A DNA stretch of 64,000 bases from Nitrospirota bacterium (GTDB lineage Bacteria; Nitrospirota; UBA9217): contig CAWFSF010000001.1 in assembly GCA_963818475.1 (NCBI GenBank), positions 224,001 to 288,000 of the forward strand, given 5' to 3'. Each line of letters starts with the position of its first letter. The first letter of the stretch is position 1. The position numbers and the translations under genes were made by a program. The notes below the pieces were generated by a model. That model did not search any database and was not told where the DNA came from. It worked only from the letters and a program-made list of their open reading frames with translations. Positions 1-9,787 of this stretch are shown here, piece after piece.

Positions 1-287
1 AGTTCGAGGAGAACTGGCGTGTACTTGTCCATGCGGTAGCTCGTGGTCGGCCCTGCTGAGCCGATAGGCCTTCCCGGAGGGGCGGGAGAGGGACCGGTAT
101 AGTACAGGATCTGGCCCCTGGGGTCGAACGGCAGCGGCTGGCCCTTCTGGTGCGCCTCGACCATGTACTTGTGCGCCATGTCACGGCCGGTGTAGATCAC
201 CCCGCTCATGACCACGCGGTCTCCCGCCTTCAATGTTTCGATAACGTCGTCGGTCAGCGGTGGAAACAGCTTGATTGTTTCAGTCAT
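1..287 (-). CDS. Fe-S hydro-lyase (class I fumarate hydratase) beta subunit, runs off window edge
   Basis: Manual translation MTETIKLFPPLTDDVIETLKAGDRVVMSGVIYTGRDMAHK...GSAGPTTSYRMDKY; lies downstream of the alpha subunit. Confidence 0.9.
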   Translation of the reverse strand, partial: MTETIKLFPPLTDDVIETLKAGDRVVMSGVIYTGRDMAHKYMVEAHQKGQPLPFDPRGQILYYTGPSPAPPGRPIGSAGPTTSYRMDKYTPVLLE

Positions 288-322
288 TGAAGCACCCCTA
301 TCCCTGCCAGGAAACCGCATCA

Positions 323-788
323 ACCACGAAGAGCACGAAGCTCACGAAGGAGTTCACAGTACAAACCTCTTGATTCCATTCCTCAGGTATTTCTCGTTGA
401 AATTGATCAAAAGCCCGATGGGAATATTTGCCAGTTTCATATAGGTAAGGACCTGCGCCTCATGAACCGGATTTAACGAATCAACACTTTTCAATTCAAC
501 GATGAGCTTGTTGTCGACGAGCAAATCGATCGATAACCGCAAGATATGCGCGTATCCTTATAGACAACCGGCAATTCCGCTTCCAAAATAAACGGGATGC
601 CTGCGCGACTCAATTCATAAGCGAAACAGTGCTTGTATGCATTTTCAAGCAGGCCGGGACCAAGCACCTTGTGTACTTCAAGGGCATGACCGAGAACCTT
701 ATGAGATAGTGCATCGAATTCCATCAGCACACCCGATTTATTCCTTCGGAATATGATCTACTTCGTGACCTTCGTGTGCTTCGTGGTT
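323..788. mobile_element. GxxExxY gene bracketed by 9-nt-period inverted repeats
   Basis: Left arm ACCACGAAGAGCACGAAGCTCACGAAG (323-349), right arm CTTCGTGACCTTCGTGTGCTTCGTGGT (761-787); sits between the fumarase alpha and beta genes. Confidence 0.65.
354..730 (-). CDS. GxxExxY protein (PD-(D/E)xK nuclease-like), frameshifted near 540
   Basis: ORFs 491..730 (VHKVLGPGLLENAY) and 354..542 (DLLVDNKLIVELKSV...GLLINF) join into the typical ~125-aa protein. Confidence 0.88.
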
Positions 789-793
789 CCCGT

Positions 794-1633
794 TTATAAT
801 ATGATCGTTTTGTGCCGCGCCGCATGGCAGTTGATATTCACCGCCACCGGCAGGCTCGCGATATGACAGGGATAGCTTTCCACATGCACGGCCATTGCCG
901 TCACCTTGCCGCCCAGGCCTTCGGGGCCGATGCCGGTCTTGTTCACGGCCCTGAGCAGCATCTCCTCGAGGGATGCCAGCTCGAGCTTCGCGTTCGGGCT
1001 GCCGATGGTGCGCAGCAGCGATTTCTTCGCAATGAGCGCCGCCTTCTCGAAATCGCCGCCGATGCCGACGCCGATCACCACCGGCGGGCAGGGATTGGCG
1101 CCTGCACGCTGCACGCACTCGAGCACGAAGTTTTTGATCCCTTCGACGCCCTCGGTGGGGCGCAGCATGCGGATGACGCTCATGTTCTCGCTGCCCGCGC
1201 CTTTGGGCATGAACGAGATCTTGAGCTTGTCGCCGGGGACCAGCTCGGTATACACGATCGCCGGCGTATTGTCGCCGGTGTTCCTGCGCGTGAGCGGATC
1301 GACCACGGACTTCCGGAGATACCCTTCTCTGTATCCTTTGCGCACGCCGTCATTGATGGCGTCGACAATGAACCCGTTCTTGATCCGCAGGTCCTGGCCG
1401 ATCTCGACAAAGAAGATGGCGATGCCCGTGTCCTGGCAGATCGGGATGTGCTCATCCTTCGCGATGCGCGCGTTTTCCTTCAGCAGCCCGATGATCTCCC
1501 TGGCTGCGGGAGACGTCTCGGTCTCGATGGCGCGGTCGAACGCCGTGAGCACATCGTCGCTCAGGTGGTATGCCGCTTCGATACAGATCTGGGCGACCTG
1601 GTCCCGGATCTCCTCTACGTGAATTTCTCGCAT
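794..1633 (-). CDS. Class I fumarate hydratase alpha subunit
   Basis: PICQDTG, KGAGSEN, ANPCPP and [18 protein letters not shown] motifs. Confidence 0.93.
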   Translation of the reverse strand: MREIHVEEIRDQVAQICIEAAYHLSDDVLTAFDRAIETETSPAAREIIGLLKENARIAKDEHIPICQDTGIAIFFVEIGQDLRIKNGFIVDAINDGVRKGYREGYLRKSVVDPLTRRNTGDNTPAIVYTELVPGDKLKISFMPKGAGSENMSVIRMLRPTEGVEGIKNFVLECVQRAGANPCPPVVIGVGIGGDFEKAALIAKKSLLRTIGSPNAKLELASLEEMLLRAVNKTGIGPEGLGGKVTAMAVHVESYPCHIASLPVAVNINCHAARHKTIIL

Positions 1634-2544
1634 GCCGTCCTCACCGCGTCAACGGACTTCATGAATCCCGTTTTCTCATCGGCGTTTAATTTGACCTCGA
1701 TCACCTGCTCCACGCCCTGTGCGCCGAGCTTCACCGGCACGCCGGCAAAGGTCCCGGTCACGCCGTACTCGCCGTTCAGCTGGACGGAACAGGGAAGGAT
1801 CTTTTTCCGGTCCTGCAGCACTGCCTCGACCATCTCGAGCGTCGCGGCCGCCGGCGCGTAGTAGGCGCTCCCGGTCTTGAGCAGCGCAACGATCTCGGCG
1901 CCGCCGTTCCGCGTCCGTTCGACCAGGCGGTTGATCTGGTCCGCGCTCATCAGCTCCGTGATGGGGATGCCGGCCACGGTCGAATACCGCGGCAGCGGCA
2001 CCATGGTGTCGCCATGCCCGCCGAGCACAAAAGCATGCGTGTTCTCCACCGACACGCCGAGTTCCATGGCGATGAACGTTCGGAACCGCGCCGAATCGAG
2101 GACCCCGCCCATGCCGAATACCCGCTCCCGGGGGAAGCCCGTCACCTTCATGGCAACGTGTGCCATCACGTCCATGGGATTCGTGACCACGATCATGACC
2201 GCCTTGGGCGAGCGGCGACCGGTCTCAGCGGCAACTTTTTTGACGATCTCAACGTTGGCGGCAAGGAGGTCGTCGCGGCTCATGCCCGGCTTCCGCGCCA
2301 GTCCGGCCGTAATGACAATGACATCGGAACCGGCGGTCTCATCATAGCCGTTGGATCCCGTGATCTTCCAGTCGTATCCCATGATCGGCCCGGACTCCAT
2401 GAGGTCCAGCGCCTTGCCCTGTGGCACGCCCTCCGCCACGTCGACCATGACCACATCGGCAAGCCGCGCCTCGGCGATCCGCTGCACCAGCGTCGCACCT
2501 ACGTTGCCGGCCCCCACTACCGTTACTTTCTTTCGCACGCACAT
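1615..2544 (-). CDS. mdh: Malate dehydrogenase (LDH-like)
   Basis: GAGNVG Rossmann motif, [28 protein letters not shown]. Confidence 0.95.
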   Translation of the reverse strand: MCVRKKVTVVGAGNVGATLVQRIAEARLADVVMVDVAEGVPQGKALDLMESGPIMGYDWKITGSNGYDETAGSDVIVITAGLARKPGMSRDDLLAANVEIVKKVAAETGRRSPKAVMIVVTNPMDVMAHVAMKVTGFPRERVFGMGGVLDSARFRTFIAMELGVSVENTHAFVLGGHGDTMVPLPRYSTVAGIPITELMSADQINRLVERTRNGGAEIVALLKTGSAYYAPAAATLEMVEAVLQDRKKILPCSVQLNGEYGVTGTFAGVPVKLGAQGVEQVIEVKLNADEKTGFMKSVDAVRTACEKFT

Positions 2545-2594
2545 ACCTCCATCGAGAATTGTTTCCCAAATCCGGAAAACGGGACTAAAACCTT

Positions 2595-2695
2595 TTTACC
2601 ACGAAGGACACGAAGAGCACGAAGATTTTTATTATTTTTAAATAAAAATGAGTGTTAGCATTAAGCTTCGTGAACTTCGTGCTCTTCGTGGTAAA
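2595..2695. repeat. Empty 9-nt-period inverted-repeat element (CACGAAG type)
   Basis: TTTACCACGAAGGACACGAAGAGCACGAAG, then an AT-rich spacer, then CTTCGTGAACTTCGTGCTCTTCGTGGTAAA. Confidence 0.85.
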
Positions 2696-2715
2696 TTATT
2701 CCTGCCAATTTAAGG

Positions 2716-3993
2716 TTACAGCTTTGTTATTTTCACCTTGCTGATCTTCCTGCCCTCAAGCTCCAGCACCTCCAGCTTGAGGTTCTTATACTTGAGCAGC
2801 TCCCCCACTTTCGGCATTCTGCCGAACAGTCCGAACACGAACCCGCCGAGGGTATTGAAATCAGGGGACTGGAGCGACGTGTCGAGCATTTCGTTCACTT
2901 CATCGAGGGCCGACTGGCCCGACACGACAAAGTTCTTTTCGTCCACGATCTCGACTTCTTTTTCGGCCGATTCCAGCTCATCGTGGATGCTGCCCACGAT
3001 CTCTTCGATCAGGTCCTCAAGCGTCACCAGACCGGCCGTACCGCCGTATTCATCGATCACGATGGCCAGCTGGAACCGCTCGCGCTGCATCTCCGACAGC
3101 AGTTCGCTCACCCGCTTGTTCTCGGGGATGAAGTAGGCGGGCCGGATGAAGTTCTTGATGGTCTCGCTGCGATCGACATCGCCCGCGGCCATGGCGACCA
3201 GGATGTCCTTGATGTAGAGGATGCCGACCACGGTGTCCACCGTGTCCTCGATCACGGGATAGCGGGAATAGCCGTACTCCGAGACAAGGCTGAACACGTC
3301 CTCGAGCACGGCATCGGTCGGCACGCTCACGATCTCGGTCCGGGGACGCATGGCCTCCGCCGCGAGGGTGTCGCCGAACTCGAAGACCTTGTGGAGGAGT
3401 TCCTTTTCTTCTTCGTTCAGCGTCCCGCCCTCTTCGCCGAGGTTGATCATGGCCTTGATGTCTTCTTCGGTGACCACCGCGGTGCAGGTCAGGCCCTGTG
3501 GTCCCGGGCCGGCAAAGGTGTCCGCAGCACCCGCCAGCAGACGCGCCGCAGGAGAGAGCAGCGCCATGACGGTCCCCATGGGACCGGCCACGGCCAGCGC
3601 GACACGGTCGGGATTCCGCGCTGACAAGCCCTTGGGCGCCAGTTTGGCGAAGACCACGACCACGAAGGTCATGGCCACTGCAGTGACCGCCACTGCCGCT
3701 GAAGTATTTTCGAACAGGTGCATGGCAAGCGCGGCGAAGATCGCAACAGCGACGGTGATCGACAGGTTCTCGGCCAGCAGCAGCGTGGCATGCAGACGGT
3801 CACGCTGCTCAAGCAGTTTCAGGACGGCCGCCGCCCGGACATCGCCCGCATCGGCAAGATCGCGCAGATGCGTTTTGTTGGCGAACACGATAGCCGTCTC
3901 CGATACTGCAAAGAACGCGGCGATCAGGATTGCCAGGCATGCCAGCACCAGGTAGATGCCATAGGTCGATAGGAATGTCGTCAGGGTTTCCAT
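2716..3993 (-). CDS. CNNM/hemolysin family protein (DUF21 + CBS pair + CorC_HlyC)
   Basis: AFFAVSETA transmembrane N-terminus, YSRYPV, IDEYGGTAGLVTLEDLIEEIVG. Confidence 0.92.
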   Translation of the reverse strand: METLTTFLSTYGIYLVLACLAILIAAFFAVSETAIVFANKTHLRDLADAGDVRAAAVLKLLEQRDRLHATLLLAENLSITVAVAIFAALAMHLFENTSAAVAVTAVAMTFVVVVFAKLAPKGLSARNPDRVALAVAGPMGTVMALLSPAARLLAGAADTFAGPGPQGLTCTAVVTEEDIKAMINLGEEGGTLNEEEKELLHKVFEFGDTLAAEAMRPRTEIVSVPTDAVLEDVFSLVSEYGYSRYPVIEDTVDTVVGILYIKDILVAMAAGDVDRSETIKNFIRPAYFIPENKRVSELLSEMQRERFQLAIVIDEYGGTAGLVTLEDLIEEIVGSIHDELESAEKEVEIVDEKNFVVSGQSALDEVNEMLDTSLQSPDFNTLGGFVFGLFGRMPKVGELLKYKNLKLEVLELEGRKISKVKITKL

Positions 3994-4039
3994 GATTGAT
4001 CAGAATGCATAACTCCGTTCAGTGAACGTCAAAATTCTC

Positions 4040-5836
4040 TTACTGCTTCTCCCCCGTTACCCGGATCACTTCGTCAAAGGTGGTCTCGCCCTTCAGCATC
4101 TTGCGGACGGCTGCTTCGCGCAGCACCACCATGCCGTCCGCGATGGCCGCCTTGGCGATCATTTCTGCGTCGGCCTTTTCCCGGAGGACCGCCCGGATCC
4201 GCTCGTTCACTTCCATCACCTCGAAGATGCCGGTCCGGCCCATATATCCCGTGCCTCTGCACTGCACGCAGCCTTCGCCGTACTTGACCGTTATTTTTCT
4301 GTGCTTGTCCCAGGCCAGTCCCACCGCCTCCGCCTCTTCAGGCAGCAGGTCATGGGTCGCTTCGCAGTGTTTGCAGATCTTGCGCACGAGCCGCTGTGCC
4401 ATGACGCCGATGATCGTCGAGGAAAGAAGGTACGACGGGATGCCCAGTTCCATGAGCCGCGTGATGGAGCTCGCGGAATCGTTCGTATGCAGGGTCGAGA
4501 AGACCAGGTGGCCCGTAAGCGCGGCCTGGACCGCATTTTCCGCCGTCTCCAGGTCGCGGATCTCTCCCACCATGATGATGTCCGGGTCCTGGCGCAGGAT
4601 GGTCCTGAGCGTGCTCGCAAAGGTAACGCCGATCTGCGGCTGCACCGCCACCTGGTTGAAGCGGTCATGGACCATTTCGATCGGGTCCTCGATGGTCACG
4701 ACGTTCACTTCGGGCGTGGCCACGGTCTTGAGCGCCGAATAGAGCGTCGTCGTTTTGCCGCTGCCCGTGGGGCCGGTCACCAGGATGATGCCGTAGGGCC
4801 GCGTGATGAACGATCGGAACAGTTCGTATTCCCTCGCATCGAACCCGATCTCCTCCAGGTCCTGCAGCAGGATTTCCGGATCGAAGATCCTGATCACGAC
4901 CTTTTCACCGAAGGCCGTCGGCATGGTCGAGACGCGGAGCTCAACCTCGCGGGACTTGTACTCGGTCTTGATCCGTCCGTCCTGAGGCCGCCGCTTTTCC
5001 GCGATGTCCATGCGGGAAAGCATCTTGATGCGGGATACGAAGGCCGGGTGGACCGCCTTGGGGATCTTGTGGATCGTATGGAGCATGCCGTCGATCCTGA
5101 GCCGCACCTCGCTCGCCTCGCGCTTGGGCTCGATATGGATGTCGCTGGCCCGCTGGTCAAAGGCGGACCGGAACAGGAACTCCACGGCGTTCACGACGTG
5201 TTTGTCCGTGGCCTCGATCTCCGTCACCGACTTCATTTTCACGAATTGTTCGAGGTTGCCGAGGTCGACGTCGGAGGACATTTCCCTGGCCGCGGCGGTG
5301 ACGGAAGAGCGGAACCCGTAGAACTCGGTGATGATCTTGAGAATGTCCGTCTTCGACGCGATGACCCGGCTGACCTTGTAGCCCATCCGTTCGACATTCT
5401 CGATCACTTCGATATTGTAGGGGTCCGCCACGGCGAGGGTGAGTTTGTCGTCCGTGCGCTCGATCGGGACCGAAACGGTGCGCCGCGCAAAAGCGCGGGA
5501 AAGGATCTGCGTTGTCACATCGGGGTTTAGCTTGAGCGGGTCGATCTTCTTGAAGGGGAGGCCGGCGTGTTCCGCGACCGCTGCGGTGATGATGTCCTCG
5601 GTCAGGGGGTGGCCCGGCTCGCCGGGTAATTCGAAATTGAGCGAGGCGGCAACCTCGATGGCCGAAACCTCGTCCTCGAGGTGCATCCGTCCGCGCTGCA
5701 GCGTTTCACCCCGCGCTTTGAGGACTTTCATCCGCTGCACATCCTGCTTGACCTTGATCTCCCGTGCCTGATCGGGCGTGATCTTACCGGTCTTGAGCAG
5801 GATTTCGCAAACGAGGTCTGTAGTGAGTCTGGTCAT
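4040..5836 (-). CDS. PilB/GspE family secretion ATPase
   Basis: ASDIHIEP, GPTGSGKTTT, LRQDPDIIMVGEIRD, TGHLVFSTLHTN, CxxC zinc motifs. Confidence 0.93.
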   Translation of the reverse strand: MTRLTTDLVCEILLKTGKITPDQAREIKVKQDVQRMKVLKARGETLQRGRMHLEDEVSAIEVAASLNFELPGEPGHPLTEDIITAAVAEHAGLPFKKIDPLKLNPDVTTQILSRAFARRTVSVPIERTDDKLTLAVADPYNIEVIENVERMGYKVSRVIASKTDILKIITEFYGFRSSVTAAAREMSSDVDLGNLEQFVKMKSVTEIEATDKHVVNAVEFLFRSAFDQRASDIHIEPKREASEVRLRIDGMLHTIHKIPKAVHPAFVSRIKMLSRMDIAEKRRPQDGRIKTEYKSREVELRVSTMPTAFGEKVVIRIFDPEILLQDLEEIGFDAREYELFRSFITRPYGIILVTGPTGSGKTTTLYSALKTVATPEVNVVTIEDPIEMVHDRFNQVAVQPQIGVTFASTLRTILRQDPDIIMVGEIRDLETAENAVQAALTGHLVFSTLHTNDSASSITRLMELGIPSYLLSSTIIGVMAQRLVRKICKHCEATHDLLPEEAEAVGLAWDKHRKITVKYGEGCVQCRGTGYMGRTGIFEVMEVNERIRAVLREKADAEMIAKAAIADGMVVLREAAVRKMLKGETTFDEVIRVTGEKQ

Positions 5837-5844
5837 TATTTATA

Positions 5845-5956
5845 GTTCCCTGGTGACCTATGCGCATTCGGACGACGTCTGTCCGACTGGACAGATTCGT
5901 GTTTCAGTTGTGAGCTGCACGATCATCGCAGGATACTGAACCCGGGTAGTAGGGCT
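5845..5956. ncRNA. Candidate structured RNA / leader upstream of the PilB/GspE gene
   Basis: Closing stem CCCTGGTGACC/GGGTAGTAGGG; internal stems TCTGTCC/GGACAGA and TTCAGT/ACTGAA enclosing CTGC/GCAG. Confidence 0.4.
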
Positions 5957-5975
5957 TTTGACTATGAAAGAATCC

Positions 5976-6002
5976 AAATAAAAGGCCCCCTCGAGGGGGG
6001 CC
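5976..6002 (-). terminator. Intrinsic terminator
   Basis: GGCCCCCCTCGAGGGGGCC hairpin followed by TTTTATTT on the minus strand. Confidence 0.8.
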
Positions 6003-6034
6003 GTGTTAACAGCATGGTCAGCAGATACACGAGC

Positions 6035-6223
6035 TTACTTCTTGGCCGGTTTTTCAGGTACGGGCGCAGGGGCCGGCGCAACCGGCTCCGGTGCAGGCGC
6101 CGGCGCCGGCGCAACTGCAGGCTGCTCTGCCGGTTTCGGAGCTTCCGATTTCTTTTCGCAACCGAAGAATGCGAAAGACAATGCCAGAACAAACGACAGC
6201 ATAATGATGGATATCTTTTTCAT
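6035..6223 (-). CDS. Small Pro/Ala-rich lipoprotein
   Basis: MKK plus hydrophobic signal, lipobox FFGC, AP repeats, GGAGG RBS. Confidence 0.8.
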   Translation of the reverse strand: MKKISIIMLSFVLALSFAFFGCEKKSEAPKPAEQPAVAPAPAPAPEPVAPAPAPVPEKPAKK

Positions 6224-6298
6224 GAAGATTCACCTCCTCTCGCGAGCAAGATCATCAAGGCAAGGTACCCATGATAAGGCAGCTGCAACGCCCGGTGC

Positions 6299-6526
6299 TT
6301 ACAGGATCCGTGTTGCCACCGAACGGGTAACCGTCAGCTCTTTCACCTTCTGCCCCAGCTTCTCATCCAAGAGCTGCTGCTGCTCCTCGCTGAGGCGAAG
6401 CCTGAACACTCGCAGCTTGTTCAGCGATCGTTTCGTCAGGTTTATCTCCCGCAGCTCAAAACCGATCTGCTTCTTGATCTCAGCAGATTGTTGAGGTGTC
6501 AATTCAAGGACAACGATTTCATCCAT
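6299..6526 (-). CDS. Hypothetical 75-aa protein with internal duplication
   Basis: GGAGGGG RBS; LELTPQQSAEIKKQIG resembles LRLSEEQQQLLDEKLG. Confidence 0.6.
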   Translation of the reverse strand: MDEIVVLELTPQQSAEIKKQIGFELREINLTKRSLNKLRVFRLRLSEEQQQLLDEKLGQKVKELTVTRSVATRIL

Positions 6527-6602
6527 TCAATAGCCCCTCCATGTTGTGCAATTATAGGCATTTATCTTGTTGAATTCAAGTTATTTTTAAATAGGTGCAC
6601 AT

Positions 6603-6863
6603 TTATGGTTTCGGGGCCACCACAATTACCTGTTCCACCCAGGTAAATTCAGACTTGAGCCGCTCCTGCAGGCCCCGGACCAGGGCCACACGGGTGACAT
6701 GTCATTGCCAGCAGAACCCTGCCGGAGCGATCCTGACCGTGCCGTTTTCGATGCCGGCGAGTGCAACCTCGCCGCCGCGGTGCGCGTATTGTTTATTCTT
6801 TTCCGCAATGATCGCCCTGATCTGCTCGATGTCGTGGTCCTGGCCGGGCCTCTCATTTCGCAT
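6603..6863 (-). CDS. NifU C-terminal (Nfu) domain protein, probable selenoprotein (CxxU)
   Basis: Reading through TGA at 6702-6704 gives ...RGGEVALAGIENGTVRIAPAGFCWQU-HVTRVALVRGLQERLKSEFTWVEQVIVVAPKP*, matching the Nfu domain layout. Confidence 0.75.
6671..6687 (-). promoter_or_regulatory. Putative bacterial SECIS hairpin
   Basis: GGCCCTG-GTC-CGGGGCC stem-loop starting 14 nt after the in-frame UGA, with GU in the loop. Confidence 0.6.
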
Positions 6864-6888
6864 TCCGCAATCCGCATTCCGCAATTGT

Positions 6889-8580
6889 TTACCCCTCCAT
6901 CACCAGCTTTTTTATGATCCTCTCGACAGCTTCCTCGACCTTTACTTTCTCAACCACGCCGGTCTTTCGGTCCTTGAGTTCAACAAGACCTTCCTTCAGG
7001 TTCTTTTCGCCGATGATGATCCGGTACGGAATGCCGATAAGGTCGGCGTCCTTGAACTTCACCCCGGCGCGTTCATCGCGGTCATCCATCAGCACCTCAA
7101 AACCCTTTTCCTCCAGCGCGGTGTAGAACTCTTCCGCAACATCCATGGACCTTGCGTCCTTCACGCTCACCGGAACGATGAGGATCTGGTAGGGCGCGAT
7201 CGCAAGCGGCCAGATGATGCCGTTCTCGTCGTTCCCCTGCTCGACGGCCGCGGCTGCAATGCGCGCCGGGCCGATGCCGTAGCTGCCCATGACGATCGGC
7301 TTCTCCGCGCCGTTCTCGTCCAGATAGTTCGCCTTGAGCGGGACCGAATAGCGCGTCCCGAGCTTAAAGATATTGCCGATCTCGATCACTCGTTCGGTCC
7401 GGAGCGTCTTGCCGCACTTCGCGCACCCGTCACCCGCTTTTGCCTCGTGAATGTCAGCGAACTCTGCATCACTGAAGTGCAACGCGGCGGTCACGCCCTT
7501 TACGTGGAACCCTTCCTTGTTCGCTCCGGCAATGAACACGCCCTGTTTGAGCGTGGGGTCGGCGATCTTCCTGACCTTGTGGCCCATGGGTCCGATGAAC
7601 CCGGCAGGTATGCCAAGCGCAGCCTTTACCTCGTCCTTTAGCGCGGGACGGTGGGAGCCGATAAGCTTTGCCAGCTTCTTTTCATGAACGGCCTGGTCGC
7701 CGCGCACCAGCGCGAGCACCGGCCCCGTGTCGGTCATCACGAGGATCGACTTGAGCAATGCATCGGGCGTCACCTTCAGAAAGCGCGTCACCTCGTCGAT
7801 GGTCCTGCGTTCGGGGGTGGCGACCTCCTCGAAAGCCGCTTCCGTGGATTTTGATGCAGGCGGCATTGATTCGGCAAGCTCCACATTCGCGGCATACCCG
7901 CAGGAATCGCACAAGGCGACCACGTCCTCGCCTGCTGCTGAAGGCGCCATGAACTCGTGGGCGCCCGTGCCGCCCATCATGCCCATGTCGCTCTGCACCA
8001 CATAGAACTTGATGCCGCACCGGGAGTAGATCTTCCGGTACGCTTCGAGATGGGTATCATAGGATTTGTCCAGGCCCGCCTCGTCTCGATCGAAACTGTA
8101 GGAGTCCTTCATGACGAACTCGCGGGTGCGCAGGATGCCGCTCTTGGGTCGCGCCTCATCGCGGAGCTTGGTCTGGAGCTGATACCAGATCTGCGGAAGG
8201 TCCCGGTAGGACCGCAGGTCGTGCGCAGCAAGCCAGGTCATGACCTCCTCGTGCGTCATGGCAAGGCACATGTCGCGTCCGCCGCGGTCCTTCAAACGGA
8301 ACATCTCGTCGCCGATCGATTCCCAGCGGCCTGTCTGCTGCCATACTTCGGCAGGGTGCAGCACCGGCATGGTCACTTCCTGCCCGCCGATGGCGTTCAT
8401 TTCCTCGCGCATGATCCGGTCGATCTTGTCCATCACGCGCTGGCCCAGCGGCAGGTAGATATAGAGCCCGGCCGCAAGCTGGCGCACGAAACCGCCGCGC
8501 ACCATGAGCTTGTGCGAGATTGCTTCGGCCTCGGCAGGCGCATCTTTTAACGTTGGGATGAAAAGACGGGAATAACGCAT
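6889..8580 (-). CDS. proS: Proline--tRNA ligase
   Basis: THEE, RDEARPKSGILRTREF, INS editing domain, EIGNIFKLG, MGSYGIG. Confidence 0.97.
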   Translation of the reverse strand: MRYSRLFIPTLKDAPAEAEAISHKLMVRGGFVRQLAAGLYIYLPLGQRVMDKIDRIMREEMNAIGGQEVTMPVLHPAEVWQQTGRWESIGDEMFRLKDRGGRDMCLAMTHEEVMTWLAAHDLRSYRDLPQIWYQLQTKLRDEARPKSGILRTREFVMKDSYSFDRDEAGLDKSYDTHLEAYRKIYSRCGIKFYVVQSDMGMMGGTGAHEFMAPSAAGEDVVALCDSCGYAANVELAESMPPASKSTEAAFEEVATPERRTIDEVTRFLKVTPDALLKSILVMTDTGPVLALVRGDQAVHEKKLAKLIGSHRPALKDEVKAALGIPAGFIGPMGHKVRKIADPTLKQGVFIAGANKEGFHVKGVTAALHFSDAEFADIHEAKAGDGCAKCGKTLRTERVIEIGNIFKLGTRYSVPLKANYLDENGAEKPIVMGSYGIGPARIAAAAVEQGNDENGIIWPLAIAPYQILIVPVSVKDARSMDVAEEFYTALEEKGFEVLMDDRDERAGVKFKDADLIGIPYRIIIGEKNLKEGLVELKDRKTGVVEKVKVEEAVERIIKKLVMEG

Positions 8581-8648
8581 GGAACCTCCGTTTAATCAGG
8601 AGCCAGGAGCCTGCATACAAAAGCCAGAATACACCTGCCTTGAAATTA

Positions 8649-8681
8649 TTCTGACTTCTGACTTCTGACTTCTGACTTCTG
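8649..8681. repeat. Heptamer tandem repeat (TTCTGAC)n
   Basis: ttctgacttctgacttctgacttctgacttctg at the ispG/proS junction. Confidence 0.85.
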
Positions 8682-8685
8682 TTTT

Positions 8686-9751
8686 TTAACAATCTCTTCC
8701 ACTTCCTTTACCAGCGCATCGGCAAGGTCCTCTTCGGACAAGTTTCTTTACGATGTCGCCATACTTGAACAACAGGCCGACTCCCTTGCCGCCCGCGATC
8801 CCCGCATCGGCCTCGCGCGCTTCGCCCGGTCCGTTCACCACGCAGCCCATGACCGCGACGGTGATCGGTTCCTTGATATGCGCCAGCCGTTTCTCAACCT
8901 CCGATGCAAGGCCGATGATGTCGATCTCGGTCCTGCCGCAGGTGGGGCAGGAGATGATGTTCACCCCGCGCTGACGGACCTTGAGGGATTTCAGGATCTC
9001 GATAGGACACGCGCACTTCTTCGACCGGATCGGCCGTCAAAGAAACTCTCATCGTATCGCCGATGCCTTCGGCAAGCAGGATGCCGAGCCCTACGCTGGA
9101 CTTGATCGTTCCGGAATAGAGCGTGCCTGCTTCGGAGATGCCGATATGCAGCGGATAATCGGATTTTCCTGCAAAGAGACGGTACGACGCGACCGTGGTC
9201 ATCACGTCGGAAGCCTTGAGCGAAACCTTGAGGTCCGTGAAGTTCAGGTCCTCAAGGATGCGGATATGGCCGAAGGCGCTCTCGACGATCGCCTCGGGCG
9301 TCGGATGCTTATATTTTTCGAGCAGATGTTTTTCGAGCGAACCGGCATTCACGCCAATACGGATCGGGATGCCTTTGTCCTTGCAGGCCCGGACCACTTC
9401 GGACACTTTGTCGACCCCGCCGATGTTGCCGGGATTGATGCGCAGTCCGTCAACCCCCTGTTTGATCGCCTCGAGCGCAAGGCGATAGTCGAAGTGGATG
9501 TCCGCGATCAGCGGAAGCTTCGTGTGCTTCCGGATATCGCCCAGGGACTTCGCCGCCGCCTCATCAGGCACGGCAAGCCGCACGATCTCGCAGCCCGCCT
9601 GTTCGAGGTGGCTGATCTGTTCGAGCGTTTTCGCCGCGTTCCGCGTGTCCGTGTTGCACATGGACTGGACAGCGACCGGCGCGCCTCCGCCGATCTTGAC
9701 GCCGCCGAGGGTGATCTGTTTTGTCTGTTTGCGGGTTATGGGGCTGTCCAT
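8686..9751 (-). CDS. ispG: HMB-PP synthase IspG, frameshifted; 3' end uncertain
   Basis: [32 protein letters not shown]; second frame SCPTCGR...[11 protein letters not shown]. Confidence 0.92.
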
Positions 9752-9787
9752 AGCGCGGTCTCCTGCCGCAACAAAAGAACAAACCTT

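Noticed and set aside
5845-5956. Assignment as 6S RNA, SRP RNA or c-di-GMP-I riboswitch
   Set aside because: Too short for 6S and lacks the diagnostic SRP and GEMM motifs; left unassigned.
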